Positions 39,394-48,012 of a stretch of 64,000 nt of DNA are shown here, piece by piece (the stretch's first letter is position 1; each line of letters starts with the position of its first letter). The stretch is taken from assembly GCA_963745405.1 (NCBI GenBank), contig CAVUWY010000003.1, positions 132,839 to 196,838 of the forward strand, read 5' to 3'. Below the pieces are notes generated by a model, which made no database searches, was not told where the DNA came from, and saw nothing but the letters and a program-made list of their open reading frames with translations. Made by a program: the position numbers and the translations under genes. The stretch is from an uncultured Chloroflexia bacterium (GTDB lineage Bacteria; Chloroflexota; Limnocylindria; Limnocylindrales; CSP1-4).

Positions 39394-40205
39394 GCCAGGG
39401 ACCGGCCAACGGTACGGTCGGCGGCGAAGCCGGCCCCCTCGGGCCCGACCCGGGGAGCGGATCGGCCACCGGCCCCACCGCACCGCCCCTACTCCCGTCG
39501 GCGCCGGAGCTCGGTCTCGCGACGGCCACCGTCGTCGTCGGCTTCGCAAGCCTGACCGCCTGCCTCGTCGTCCTCGGATCGGTCGCCGAGGGCGTCCGTT
39601 CCCAGGAGGTGTTCGCCCTCGATTCGTGGGCCACGCCCTTCCTCCACGGGATCTCGTCGCCCGGGATGGACGCCGTGATGAACGCGATCACCGACGTCGG
39701 GACGATCTGGGTGATCCTCCCGCTGCTGATCGCGTTCGCCGTGTGGCTGCTGCGGTCGGGGCATCGCCGGTCGGCCGTGTTCCTCGTCGTGGCCGTGCTC
39801 GGCAGCGCGGTCCTGCAGTTCACGATGAAGCCGTTCTTCGCCCGTCCGCGGCCGGAGTTGCCGTGGGCCCAGGTGCTTCCCGACTACAGCTTCCCGAGTG
39901 GCCACACGATGAACGCGGCGATCTTCTACGGCGGGATCGCCCTCGTCCTCTGGTCGCTGTACGGGCGCCGGATCGGTCTCGCCGCGCTCGCCATCGCGGC
40001 CGTCATCGCCGTCGCGGTCGGTGTCAGCCGGATCTACCTCGGCTACCACTACCTCACCGACGTCGTCGGCGGGCTCGTCGCCGGGGTCGCCTGGCTGCTC
40101 GTCGTCGGTGCCGCGTTCCGGGCCCGGCCGACGTGGCGCCGCTGGCGGTCGAAGGACGGCAAGATCCATCGACCGATCGATCCGGGCCCGATGGCCGCCC
40201 GATGA
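39390..40205 (+). CDS. PAP2-superfamily phosphatase (membrane), second copy
   Basis: 'MKPFFARPRP', 'FPSGH' and 'SRIYLGYHYLTDVVGG' are present. The ATGA overlaps the upstream stop. Confidence 0.85.
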   Translation: MSQGPANGTVGGEAGPLGPDPGSGSATGPTAPPLLPSAPELGLATATVVVGFASLTACLVVLGSVAEGVRSQEVFALDSWATPFLHGISSPGMDAVMNAITDVGTIWVILPLLIAFAVWLLRSGHRRSAVFLVVAVLGSAVLQFTMKPFFARPRPELPWAQVLPDYSFPSGHTMNAAIFYGGIALVLWSLYGRRIGLAALAIAAVIAVAVGVSRIYLGYHYLTDVVGGLVAGVAWLLVVGAAFRARPTWRRWRSKDGKIHRPIDPGPMAAR

Positions 40206-41101
40206 AGACCGCCTTCGTGGTCGGGCGCAGCCGGAAGGGCAAGCAGAACGGACGGATCGTCCTCCGTGTCCGCCGGGCCCTCCGAGCCGCGGGCTGGACG
40301 GTCGACAGCCGCCTCGTGACCCGGAAGCGGGAGCTCGAACGCGTGGCTCGGCGAGCCGTCAAGCACGGGTGCGACGTCGTCGTCGCGGTCGGTGGCGACG
40401 GCGCCGTGGTCCGCGTCGCCTCGGCGTTGGCGGAGTCCGACGCCGCGCTCGGGATCATCCCGACCGGGACCGGCAACCTGCTCGCCTCGAACCTCGGGAT
40501 CCCGCACGACGTCGAGCAGGCGACGGACGCCGTCATCTCCGGCCGCATCCGTCGCATCGACATGGGCCGCGTCGTGACCGACGGCAAGACCCGCGACTTC
40601 GCCGTCGCGGCCGGCGTCGGCTTCGATGCCGACGTGATCGACCACACGGCCGCATCCCAGAAGCTCCGCTGGGGCAAGCTCGCCTATCTCGCGAACGCGC
40701 TCGGCCAGGCGGGCTCGATCCAGAACGTCGACCACGAGGTCACCCTCGACGGCTCGACCGAGGTCATGGAGGCCGCCCAGGTCTTCATCGCGAACTTCGG
40801 GAAGATGCTGCCGATCATCCAGCCGCGCCGGGCGATCCGCCCGGACGACGGTTACCTGGACGTCATCGTCGTCCGGGCGTCGGGACCGCTGCCGGGCCTC
40901 ATGGCCAGCTGGGAGGCCCTTCGCCAGCGGGACCTCGGTTCGAGCTCCGGCGGACGCGTGTTCCGGGCCCGAGCGCGCGAGATCCGCATCGAGACCAGGC
41001 CGGTCAGGCTCGTCGAGACCGACGGCAATATGGTCGGCCGCACGCCGCTCGTCGCGACCGTCCTGCCGAAGGCACTGAGGGTGATCGTCCCGAAGAAGTG
41101 A
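40202..41101 (+). CDS. Diacylglycerol/lipid kinase family protein (DAGK_cat, YegS-like)
   Basis: 'VVVAVGGDGAV' and 'GIIPTGTGNLLA' are present. The ATGA overlaps the upstream stop. Confidence 0.88.
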   Translation: MKTAFVVGRSRKGKQNGRIVLRVRRALRAAGWTVDSRLVTRKRELERVARRAVKHGCDVVVAVGGDGAVVRVASALAESDAALGIIPTGTGNLLASNLGIPHDVEQATDAVISGRIRRIDMGRVVTDGKTRDFAVAAGVGFDADVIDHTAASQKLRWGKLAYLANALGQAGSIQNVDHEVTLDGSTEVMEAAQVFIANFGKMLPIIQPRRAIRPDDGYLDVIVVRASGPLPGLMASWEALRQRDLGSSSGGRVFRARAREIRIETRPVRLVETDGNMVGRTPLVATVLPKALRVIVPKK

Positions 41102-41138
41102 TCCGGGCCGAGTGCCGGGGATCATCACAGGAGAGCTG

Positions 41139-41351
41139 ATGCGTTATCTGCTCGCGATCCTGCTCCCGCCGATCGGGATGCTGTCGGTCGGAAAGCCATT
41201 CCAGGCGCTCGTGTGCCTCATCCTCATGGTCACCGTGCTCGGCTGGCCGTTCGCGTCGCTCTGGGCGATCCTGACGGTCCACGGTGCGTTCGCCGACCGG
41301 CGGGCCGAACGGATCATCCGGGCCCAGGCCGAGGCTGCGAAGAGCCGCTGA
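41139..41351 (+). CDS. Small two-TM membrane protein, YqaE/Pmp3-like
   Basis: 'LLAILLPPIGMLSVGKPFQALVCLILMVTVLGWPFASLWAI' resembles the UPF0057 pattern. AGGAGAG lies upstream. Confidence 0.45.
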   Translation: MRYLLAILLPPIGMLSVGKPFQALVCLILMVTVLGWPFASLWAILTVHGAFADRRAERIIRAQAEAAKSR

Positions 41352-41857
41352 TGCCCGAGCCGCTGGCCCGGCCGGAGACCGAGCCACTCGTCCGAGCCGC
41401 GGCCGGGCTCCGCCATGATGTCGGGCGGGCCTACGAGCGTCACGTCCGGGGGAAACCGGTCGAGGCGTCGACGGCTGCGACGATCGCGTATTTCATCACG
41501 CTCGTCGTTGTCCGGGCGTTCGTGACCGCCACGCACGGACAGACGCGGGACTACGTCGACGTCGCCGGCGTGCACGTCCACCATCTCGTGATCGGCATCG
41601 TCGCAGTCCTCATCGCCGGGGTGTTCGCCCTCGACGAGGTGCTCCGGCTCACCCGGGCCGTGCTGTTCGGGATCGGGGCCGCCCTCGTGCTCGACGAGTT
41701 CGCCCTCCTTGTGTTCCTCAGGGACGTCTACTGGCTCCCGCAGGGGATCCTCAGTGGGTTCGCCCTCGTCGTCGGCCTCGTTGCCCTCGCGGTCAATGCG
41801 TGGCGGGGGCGACCGTTCCTCAGAGAAGTGACGGGGAACCTGCGACGTAGATCCTGA
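41351..41857 (+). CDS. Hypothetical membrane protein
   Basis: The ATG shares 1 nt with the upstream TGA. There are 3-4 hydrophobic segments ('VHVHHLVIGIVAVLIAGVFAL', 'LFGIGAALVLDEFALLVFL'). Confidence 0.45.
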   Translation: MPEPLARPETEPLVRAAAGLRHDVGRAYERHVRGKPVEASTAATIAYFITLVVVRAFVTATHGQTRDYVDVAGVHVHHLVIGIVAVLIAGVFALDEVLRLTRAVLFGIGAALVLDEFALLVFLRDVYWLPQGILSGFALVVGLVALAVNAWRGRPFLREVTGNLRRRS

Positions 41858-42004
41858 CCTGAGCCGGCCTTTCGGTCGAGCCGGCCCGCCCGTCACTGCG
41901 ACCGGCTCGGGACGACGGCCGGTCATGCTGGCCGCTTGCGGCTCCGGCACGCGCACGCCACAATCCGCTGGCGCGATGGGGCAGGTGCGTCGATCGAGGG
42001 TGAG

Positions 42005-42688
42005 ATGAGCGGCCAGGGCGAGACGCTCCGTCTGTTCGAATTCACTCCTGTGCGGGGAGCGTTCGACTCGATCCTCCGCGATGTCATGATCCCCGACCTG
42101 TGGGACCTGCCCGGGGTGCTCGAGGTCTATGTCGGGCGACAGGGACCGGTGGAGATCGGGCCGCGCCTCGTGGCCTCCATATGGGAGTCCGACGAGGCCA
42201 TGGCGGACGCCCTCGGCATCTCGTTCGAGACGCCGCTCTTCCATCCCGAGTTCATCGACGAGACCGTCGACCGCCGGCTCGAGTTCCTGCCGCTGTCGTT
42301 CTCCTACCGGGCTGACACCACGGCGTCGCCCGCGATCATCCGCCTTGTGACCGGCACGGTCCGGCCGGACGAGCTCGACACGTACATCGGCGAGGCCTGG
42401 GCCGGGACCGAGGACGACGCGGCGGCCGGGCGCGGGCCGATGGCTTTGTACCTCGCGACCCGGCCGCCCGACCGTTTCCGGACCCTGTCCGTCTGGCCGG
42501 ACTGGGCGACCCTCCAGGACGCGACCGGTGGCGACATCGATCGACCGATCGCGACTCGCCATGCGAAGCGGCTCGTCGATTGGGAGGCGCAGCACTACGA
42601 GGCCCTGCCTGACCTCCACGGTTCCGTCGAGCCACTCACGGCGACGGCGGCCCCCAGGCGAGCCGTCACGTCTTCGGAGCACGACTGA
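42005..42688 (+). CDS. Hypothetical protein (two similar halves, possibly ABM/dimeric alpha-beta-barrel-like)
   Basis: GAGGGTGAG Shine-Dalgarno sequence. 'LVASIWESDEAM' and 'TLSVWPDWATL' look like repeated ABM-type endings. The family assignment is weak. Confidence 0.4.
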   Translation: MSGQGETLRLFEFTPVRGAFDSILRDVMIPDLWDLPGVLEVYVGRQGPVEIGPRLVASIWESDEAMADALGISFETPLFHPEFIDETVDRRLEFLPLSFSYRADTTASPAIIRLVTGTVRPDELDTYIGEAWAGTEDDAAAGRGPMALYLATRPPDRFRTLSVWPDWATLQDATGGDIDRPIATRHAKRLVDWEAQHYEALPDLHGSVEPLTATAAPRRAVTSSEHD

Positions 42689-42890
42689 GTTCGCCACATC
42701 GAGCCGCACGTGGATCTGACGGCGGCCGGGCCGATCTACCGGGTGGGCCTGGCCCTCCTCGAGCTCGAGGACCAGCAGTGGTCGTGCGGCGGAGCGAGGA
42801 GTGGGTCCTCGGGCTCTACTACGATGCCGCCGACATGAGCGTCGCCCTCGCCACGGCGGACTTCGATCAGGTCTTCGCGTACTCCCTCGC

Positions 42891-44039
42891 CTATCCGCGG
42901 CCGGACCGGCTGACGAGCGCGCCCCGGACCGACTGAGCCTCGCGCCGGGCGGTGACCCGGTCGCGGAGCCCGCGCATCCGCTCCACCGCGAGGAGCCACA
43001 TCAGCGTGGATTCCGCGCCCTCGTTGGCGTTGATCGCCTTCTCCGACAGCCCGTCCCGGCACGCCCCGCGACCGGCGTCGGCGAGCGGCTCGCCGAGGTC
43101 GTTCCGGCCGAGGAACCAGGCGAAGGCGGCCTGCGCCGCCAGCAGGTAGCGAGGCTCCCCGGTCTGCTCGTAGGCGCATTCGGCGGCGAGGATGAGTGCG
43201 GTCGCCTCGATCGGCTGCTGGTCGAAGCGGGCCGGCCCCCGCCCTCGGACCCACCAGCCACGGTTGCCGACCGGATGGAATGACTGGTCGTCGTGGACCT
43301 GGGCGTCGATGAGCCAGTCGAGCATGGTGAGCCCGACCTCCTCCAGGTCGACGCGCCCGGATCTGCGGCTCGCCATGAGAAGCGCCCTCGGCAGGAGCGG
43401 TGCTTCGTACGTGACCGCGTAGTCCGGCCAGGGCCACGTCGGATCGGCCGCGGCACTCGCGAGTCGATCCCCGAGGCGGTCGGCGAGTAATTCCCCGAGG
43501 GACAGCGGCACGAGGCCGCGGGCCCCGTCCCTGGCCGGGTCATCGACGCGCGTCGCGGTCCGCCCGAGGATCGAGCAGGCAATGAGGGCGGAGGCGATCG
43601 CCCTGGGCCAGCGGAGCTCGGCGGCGGCGGGGCAGGCCTGGATGAAGAGACGCGCGCATGTCCGGCGCACGCCCTCGTCCGGGGCCCCGACCGCCGCCTC
43701 GGCCAGAGCGAGCATCGCTCGGCCGTGGGCGTCTTCCGAGCCGATCTCCTCGGCGAACGTGCCGTCGTCGTCCCGGAAGTTGCGGAATCGCCCGCTGTCC
43801 TCGTCGAACGCCGCGCGGAGGTAGCGGACCGCGGAGATCGCGGATTGCGCCACCGGCTTCCAGCCGATCACCTCGGCATGGAGCAGGTCGACGGAGAGGG
43901 CTCGGGCGACGTCGTCCGTGCACGTCCCGAAGGAAGGGTCGGGCCACGGCCCGCGGGCGTGCTGGTAGATGCCGAGCGGCCCCGTGAGCTCATCGAGATG
44001 CTGCCGGACGACGGGTGGCGTCCACTGCTCATCAGACAC
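42891..44039 (-). CDS. Hypothetical protein, (alpha/alpha)6 six-hairpin glycosidase-like, coupled to the GT4 gene
   Basis: A helical-repeat protein of 382 aa. Its start (GTG) overlaps the GT4 stop as GTGTCTGA. The fold assignment is inferred from composition and context only. Confidence 0.5.
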   Translation of the reverse strand: MSDEQWTPPVVRQHLDELTGPLGIYQHARGPWPDPSFGTCTDDVARALSVDLLHAEVIGWKPVAQSAISAVRYLRAAFDEDSGRFRNFRDDDGTFAEEIGSEDAHGRAMLALAEAAVGAPDEGVRRTCARLFIQACPAAAELRWPRAIASALIACSILGRTATRVDDPARDGARGLVPLSLGELLADRLGDRLASAAADPTWPWPDYAVTYEAPLLPRALLMASRRSGRVDLEEVGLTMLDWLIDAQVHDDQSFHPVGNRGWWVRGRGPARFDQQPIEATALILAAECAYEQTGEPRYLLAAQAAFAWFLGRNDLGEPLADAGRGACRDGLSEKAINANEGAESTLMWLLAVERMRGLRDRVTARREAQSVRGALVSRSGRG

Positions 44040-45222
44040 GGACCACCTCGGCCGACGTCTGGACCGCCGACCGGCGCTCGGGCCCGGCGCCGGCCGACTC
44101 GTCGATCAGGTCGGCGAAGAGGTCGCGATACGCGCCGCCGACGTGGGACCACCGCATCCGCCGTCCGAACGCCGCAGCGCGGGCGCCGATCGCCGCGCGC
44201 CGATCGTCGTCACCGAGGAGTGCCTCGATCGCTGCGGACAGGCTATCGCCCGAGGCCGACTCGACCAGGACTCCGCGATCCTCCGCGAGCACCTCGCGGG
44301 CGTAGCTGTACGGCGTAGAGACGATGGCCTTGCCGGCGGCCATGGCGACCGACAGCGTCCCCGACACGATCTGGTCGAGGCTCGGGTACGGCGTCACGTA
44401 GATGTCGGCGGCCTGGAGCCAGCGGGCAAGGTCCGAGGGGGCGAGGAACCGGTCGACGAAGAGGACGTTCGACTCGAGAGCGCAGGCGGCCACCGCGGCG
44501 CGCAGCCGGTCGCGGTAGGCCTCGCCCTCGCGCCGGACGAGGTCGGGGTGAGTGGCGCCGAGGATGACGAACAGGGCCCGGCGGTCGGCCGCTGCGATGG
44601 ACGTCATCGCCGCGATCATGTGCTCGTACCCCTTGCCCGGACCGAGCAGTCCGAAGCTGAGGATGACCTTGCGCCCGGCAAGCCCGACACCGGCCTTCGC
44701 AACGTCGGGGTCGACGAGCGGGATCTCCGGGACGCCGTGAGGGATGATCCGGATGCGGTTCCACGACGCGCCGTAGCGACCGTGGAGGAGGCGGGCGGCG
44801 GCCATCGACATCACGACGGTCGCCCCGGCGCGTTCGACGAGCCGCGACAGGACGAGGTGTTGACCGTGCGACGGCCTGGTCAGGACGGTATGGAGGGTGA
44901 GCGCGACCGGAGCGGTCGAGGCGTCGACGAAGTCGAGCAAGTCCGAGCCGTCTGGGCCGCCGTAGATCCCGTATTCGTGCTGAATGGAGACAAGTTGGGT
45001 TCCCGCCGCCGAGACGAGATGGGCCGCGTTCGAGTAGTCGCTCCGCTCGTCCTGTCGTATGCGCCAGCGGACCTCCGGACCGCAGGAGTCGGGATCGCCG
45101 GGACGATGAACCGCCACGACGTCGCCTTCGCCGACCGCGAGTCGCAAGTCCCGGGTGAAGGTCGCGATCCCGCACATCCGCGGTGGGTAGGTGGATAGGT
45201 AGGCGATGCGCGGCGGTGACAC
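44032..45222 (-). CDS. GT4-family (group 1) glycosyltransferase
   Basis: 'IAYLSTYPPRMCGIATFTRDL', 'LVSIQHEYGIYGG' and the C-terminal EX7E region 'GTLSVAMAAGKAIVSTPYSYAREVL' are present. The GTG start is preceded by GAGGAG. Confidence 0.88.
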   Translation of the reverse strand: MSPPRIAYLSTYPPRMCGIATFTRDLRLAVGEGDVVAVHRPGDPDSCGPEVRWRIRQDERSDYSNAAHLVSAAGTQLVSIQHEYGIYGGPDGSDLLDFVDASTAPVALTLHTVLTRPSHGQHLVLSRLVERAGATVVMSMAAARLLHGRYGASWNRIRIIPHGVPEIPLVDPDVAKAGVGLAGRKVILSFGLLGPGKGYEHMIAAMTSIAAADRRALFVILGATHPDLVRREGEAYRDRLRAAVAACALESNVLFVDRFLAPSDLARWLQAADIYVTPYPSLDQIVSGTLSVAMAAGKAIVSTPYSYAREVLAEDRGVLVESASGDSLSAAIEALLGDDDRRAAIGARAAAFGRRMRWSHVGGAYRDLFADLIDESAGAGPERRSAVQTSAEVVRV

Positions 45223-45440
45223 GGGTACTCCTCGAGTGACTGTGGCCAGCGTCAATCGTGGCGGTCGACGCGTTGCGGGCCGGCCCGCGTGAGCCCGCGC
45301 GGGCTTGCGGGACCGTGGCAGTCTCCGCGCAGCGTCGGCGGTCCGGATATCCGACCCGCCGCCGGCGTCCGTCACGCCGATGCAACGAGTGCGCGTCGCG
45401 CGTGACGACCGGGCGACTGCCGATGCGCCATCCTCCGCGG

Positions 45441-45962
45441 ATGGCACGCACGCACGACGCAGTCGAAGCCGCTCCGACCGTGCGGGACGCCAGCGGAGCG
45501 ATCGTCCTCGTCGCTGCCGAGGACGATCGGTTCAGCGAGGTTCGGACGGCAGCCCTCGATCTCGCCCGCCGCGAGGACCGTCCCGTGATCGTGTATGACT
45601 GGGACGCCCCGGGCCTCCTGTCCGAGCCGCTCCCGACGTGGTGGTCGGGCGACGGCCCGGGCGAACGACCGCCGGGTCCGATGGATCCCCATCAGCTCGA
45701 GGTCGCCGGGCGAGGAGCGATCGGGCGGCAGGTCGCCGAGCTCCAGCGGGACGGCGTTCCGGCCGCGGGCTGGTTGCCGCGCCGACAGGGCGCCGCGGCG
45801 CTCGGGGCGTACGCCCTCGAACACGGCGCCGCCGTCCTCGTCGTCCCGGCCGACCTGCCGGACATCGCGACGCTCCTCCCACCGGATGGGGCCGTGCCAT
45901 CTGCAACCTCGCCGACGGCCGCGATCCGCGTCCTGCGCGTCGAAGCCGGAGAACGGCGCTGA
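45441..45962 (+). CDS. Hypothetical protein (USP/adenine-nucleotide-alpha-hydrolase-like layout); the last 70 codons lie inside the inverted repeat
   Basis: 'IVLVAAEDDRFSEVRTAALDLARREDRPVIVY...GAAVLVVPADL'. An alternative start lies at 45423. Confidence 0.45.
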   Translation: MARTHDAVEAAPTVRDASGAIVLVAAEDDRFSEVRTAALDLARREDRPVIVYDWDAPGLLSEPLPTWWSGDGPGERPPGPMDPHQLEVAGRGAIGRQVAELQRDGVPAAGWLPRRQGAAALGAYALEHGAAVLVVPADLPDIATLLPPDGAVPSATSPTAAIRVLRVEAGERR

Positions 45963-46060
45963 CGCCTGCCTCAAGAGACTCGGTCGCGGCCTCGGCGACG
46001 CGCGCGGCGCGCTCCGCCGGGCTCCGCTACGTGTCGGATGCCGTCCCCGGCGTGCGCCGC
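45751..46060. repeat. Inverted repeat, left copy (310 bp)
   Basis: Manual base-by-base alignment shows its reverse complement equals 63609..63918 except for one position (46000 vs 63669). Confidence 0.95.
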
Positions 46061-47044
46061 CTGGGTCGGGCACCGCGCTTCCGGTACGTGGACCCCGACG
46101 GTCGGCCGGTGCGGGATCGAGCGACCCTCGAGCGGATCCGCTCGGTGGCCATCCCGCCGGCGTGGACGGACGTCTGGATCTCGCCGCGCGCGGACGGCCA
46201 TCTCCAGGCGACCGGGCGGGATGCCCGCGGGCGCAAGCAATATCGATACCACCGCCGCTGGCGCACGACGCGCGACGCCTCGAAGTTCGCCCACCTCATC
46301 GCCTTCGGCGAGGCCTTGCCGAGGATCCGGCGGCGGGTGGAAGCGGACCTGTCCCGCCGGGGGCTCGACCTCGACCGCGTCGTCGCCCTCGTGGTCCGCC
46401 TCCTCGAGCTTACGCTCATCCGTGTCGGCAACGACGAATATGCGACGAGCAATCGGTCGTACGGCCTCACGACCCTTCGCGACCGCCACGTTCGCATCGA
46501 TGGATCGAGCATCCGGTTCCATTTCCGCGGCAAGTCGGGCCGCGTCCACGACGTGGACCTCCGCGATCCACGCCTCGCTCGCCTCGTCCGACGCTGCCAC
46601 GAGCTGCCCGGGCAGGACCTCTTCCAGTACGTCGACGACGCCGGCGAGACGCGGACGGTCGGGTCTGCGGACGTGAATGACTACCTGCGCCGCGTCGGTG
46701 GGGCGGACTTCACGGCGAAGGACTTCCGGACGTGGGCCGGCACGACCCTGGCCTACCGGGCATTGTGCGCAGCCGAACGGGCATCGAGCGGCGCATCGGC
46801 GAGGCGCGAGGTCGTCGCCGCGATGGGCGAGGTCGCCGACCGGCTCGGCAACACGCCGGCGGTGTGCCGAGCGAGCTACGTCCACCCCGCCGTCGTCGAC
46901 GCCTACCTCGACAGCGAGCTCGGCCGAGCCCTCGTCATCGAGGCCGAAGAACGCGGAGGCTTTCAGGAGCCGTCGACGAGGGCGGAGGAGCTCCGCGTCC
47001 TCGCCCTCCTCCGGGCGCGTTCCCGGCGCCCGAGACGTCGCTGA
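46031..47044 (+). CDS. Bacterial (poxvirus-like) DNA topoisomerase IB; the 5' end is uncertain
   Basis: 'IPPAWTDVWISPRADGHLQATGRDARGRKQYRYH', 'LTTLRDRHV', 'FHFRGKSG' and 'FTAKDFRTWAGT' are present. Homology ('AARSAGLRYVSD') extends upstream of the first canonical start (GTG at 46031), back to about 45990. Confidence 0.85.
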   Translation: MSDAVPGVRRLGRAPRFRYVDPDGRPVRDRATLERIRSVAIPPAWTDVWISPRADGHLQATGRDARGRKQYRYHRRWRTTRDASKFAHLIAFGEALPRIRRRVEADLSRRGLDLDRVVALVVRLLELTLIRVGNDEYATSNRSYGLTTLRDRHVRIDGSSIRFHFRGKSGRVHDVDLRDPRLARLVRRCHELPGQDLFQYVDDAGETRTVGSADVNDYLRRVGGADFTAKDFRTWAGTTLAYRALCAAERASSGASARREVVAAMGEVADRLGNTPAVCRASYVHPAVVDAYLDSELGRALVIEAEERGGFQEPSTRAEELRVLALLRARSRRPRRR

Positions 47045-47088
47045 CCACCCGCCCGAGCAACGTGCGCGGTCCGCCGACCGCGGCACCG

Positions 47089-47835
47089 TCAGTCTCCCTG
47101 AGCAGCCTCCGTCGCCTTGGCGTCGGGCCTGCGCGAGCCGTGGAGGAACCGGACGACGACAACCCCGACGAGCGCACCTGTCGCCGGCCCGACGAGATAG
47201 ATCCACAGGTCCGTCAGGTCGCCCGCGACGAGCGCCGGACCGATCGAGCGGGCCGGGTTCATCGAGGCCCCGGAGATCGGCAGGGCGATGAGCCCGCACA
47301 ACGCGATCGTGCCGCCCACCGCGAGCGCGGCGTCGGCGCCTACGATCCGATACCGGTCGGCGGTCCCGAGGACGACGGTCACGAGGAAGAACGTGAGGAT
47401 GGCCTCGAGCCCGACCGCCGTCCCCGCGGCCACATGCGGTGTCGTGACGCCCGCCCGCATCGCGTCGCCGAACATGACGCGAAGGACGCCGGCCGCTGCG
47501 ATCGCCCCGACGACCTGGGCCGCCCAATATTGCCCGAGCCAGGCCGGCGGGAACAGGCCCTTCAGGGTGAAGGCCAGCGTGACCGCCGGATTGAAGTGAG
47601 CGCCCGATGCGTCCCCGATCGCGTAGATGAGCGCCATCACCATGAGCGCCGGCGCGACCGCCCTGGCCGCCTCCCCGATCTGCCCGCCGGCCAGCGTGGC
47701 CATCGTGTCGCCGCCGGCGGCGACGAACACGAGGGCGAACGTGCCGAGGAACTCGGCACCGAGCCGGCGCGGCCACCGCGGCGGATCGACGGGTCGGAAT
47801 GTCGGCTCCGTGGTGGATCCGGTCTGACGCGTCAT
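47089..47835 (-). CDS. MIP-family channel (aquaporin/glycerol facilitator-like)
   Basis: Two NPA boxes, 'SGAHFNPAVT' and 'SGASMNPARS', six TM segments, and GGAAGGAG upstream of the ATG. Confidence 0.92.
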   Translation of the reverse strand: MTRQTGSTTEPTFRPVDPPRWPRRLGAEFLGTFALVFVAAGGDTMATLAGGQIGEAARAVAPALMVMALIYAIGDASGAHFNPAVTLAFTLKGLFPPAWLGQYWAAQVVGAIAAAGVLRVMFGDAMRAGVTTPHVAAGTAVGLEAILTFFLVTVVLGTADRYRIVGADAALAVGGTIALCGLIALPISGASMNPARSIGPALVAGDLTDLWIYLVGPATGALVGVVVVRFLHGSRRPDAKATEAAQGD

Positions 47836-48012
47836 CGATCGCGAACGCTCCTTCCGGGCCGCCAGCGATCGGCGACCGGGCCCAGCATGCCGTCGCGGGC
47901 GCCCGGTCGGGATACCCGCGAGCGGGCGCTGCATGTAGGCCGCATTCCACCCGGGGCGCCTGTCACGGTTCTGTAGGTTGACGAAGCGGCGTGCGGGCGG
48001 TCCAATCCAGCC

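Noticed and set aside
46060-46062. A link between topoisomerase IB cleavage specificity (poxvirus CCCTT) and the repeat boundaries.
   Set aside because: No CCCTT lies at any of the four repeat boundaries. As far as I know, bacterial TopIB enzymes do not have that specificity. This was pure speculation.
45638-47044. Using the upstream ATG at 45638 as the topoisomerase IB start.
   Set aside because: That would add about 110 Arg/Gly/Pro-rich residues that entirely overlap gene 45441..45962 in another frame. This is not consistent with TopIB N-termini.
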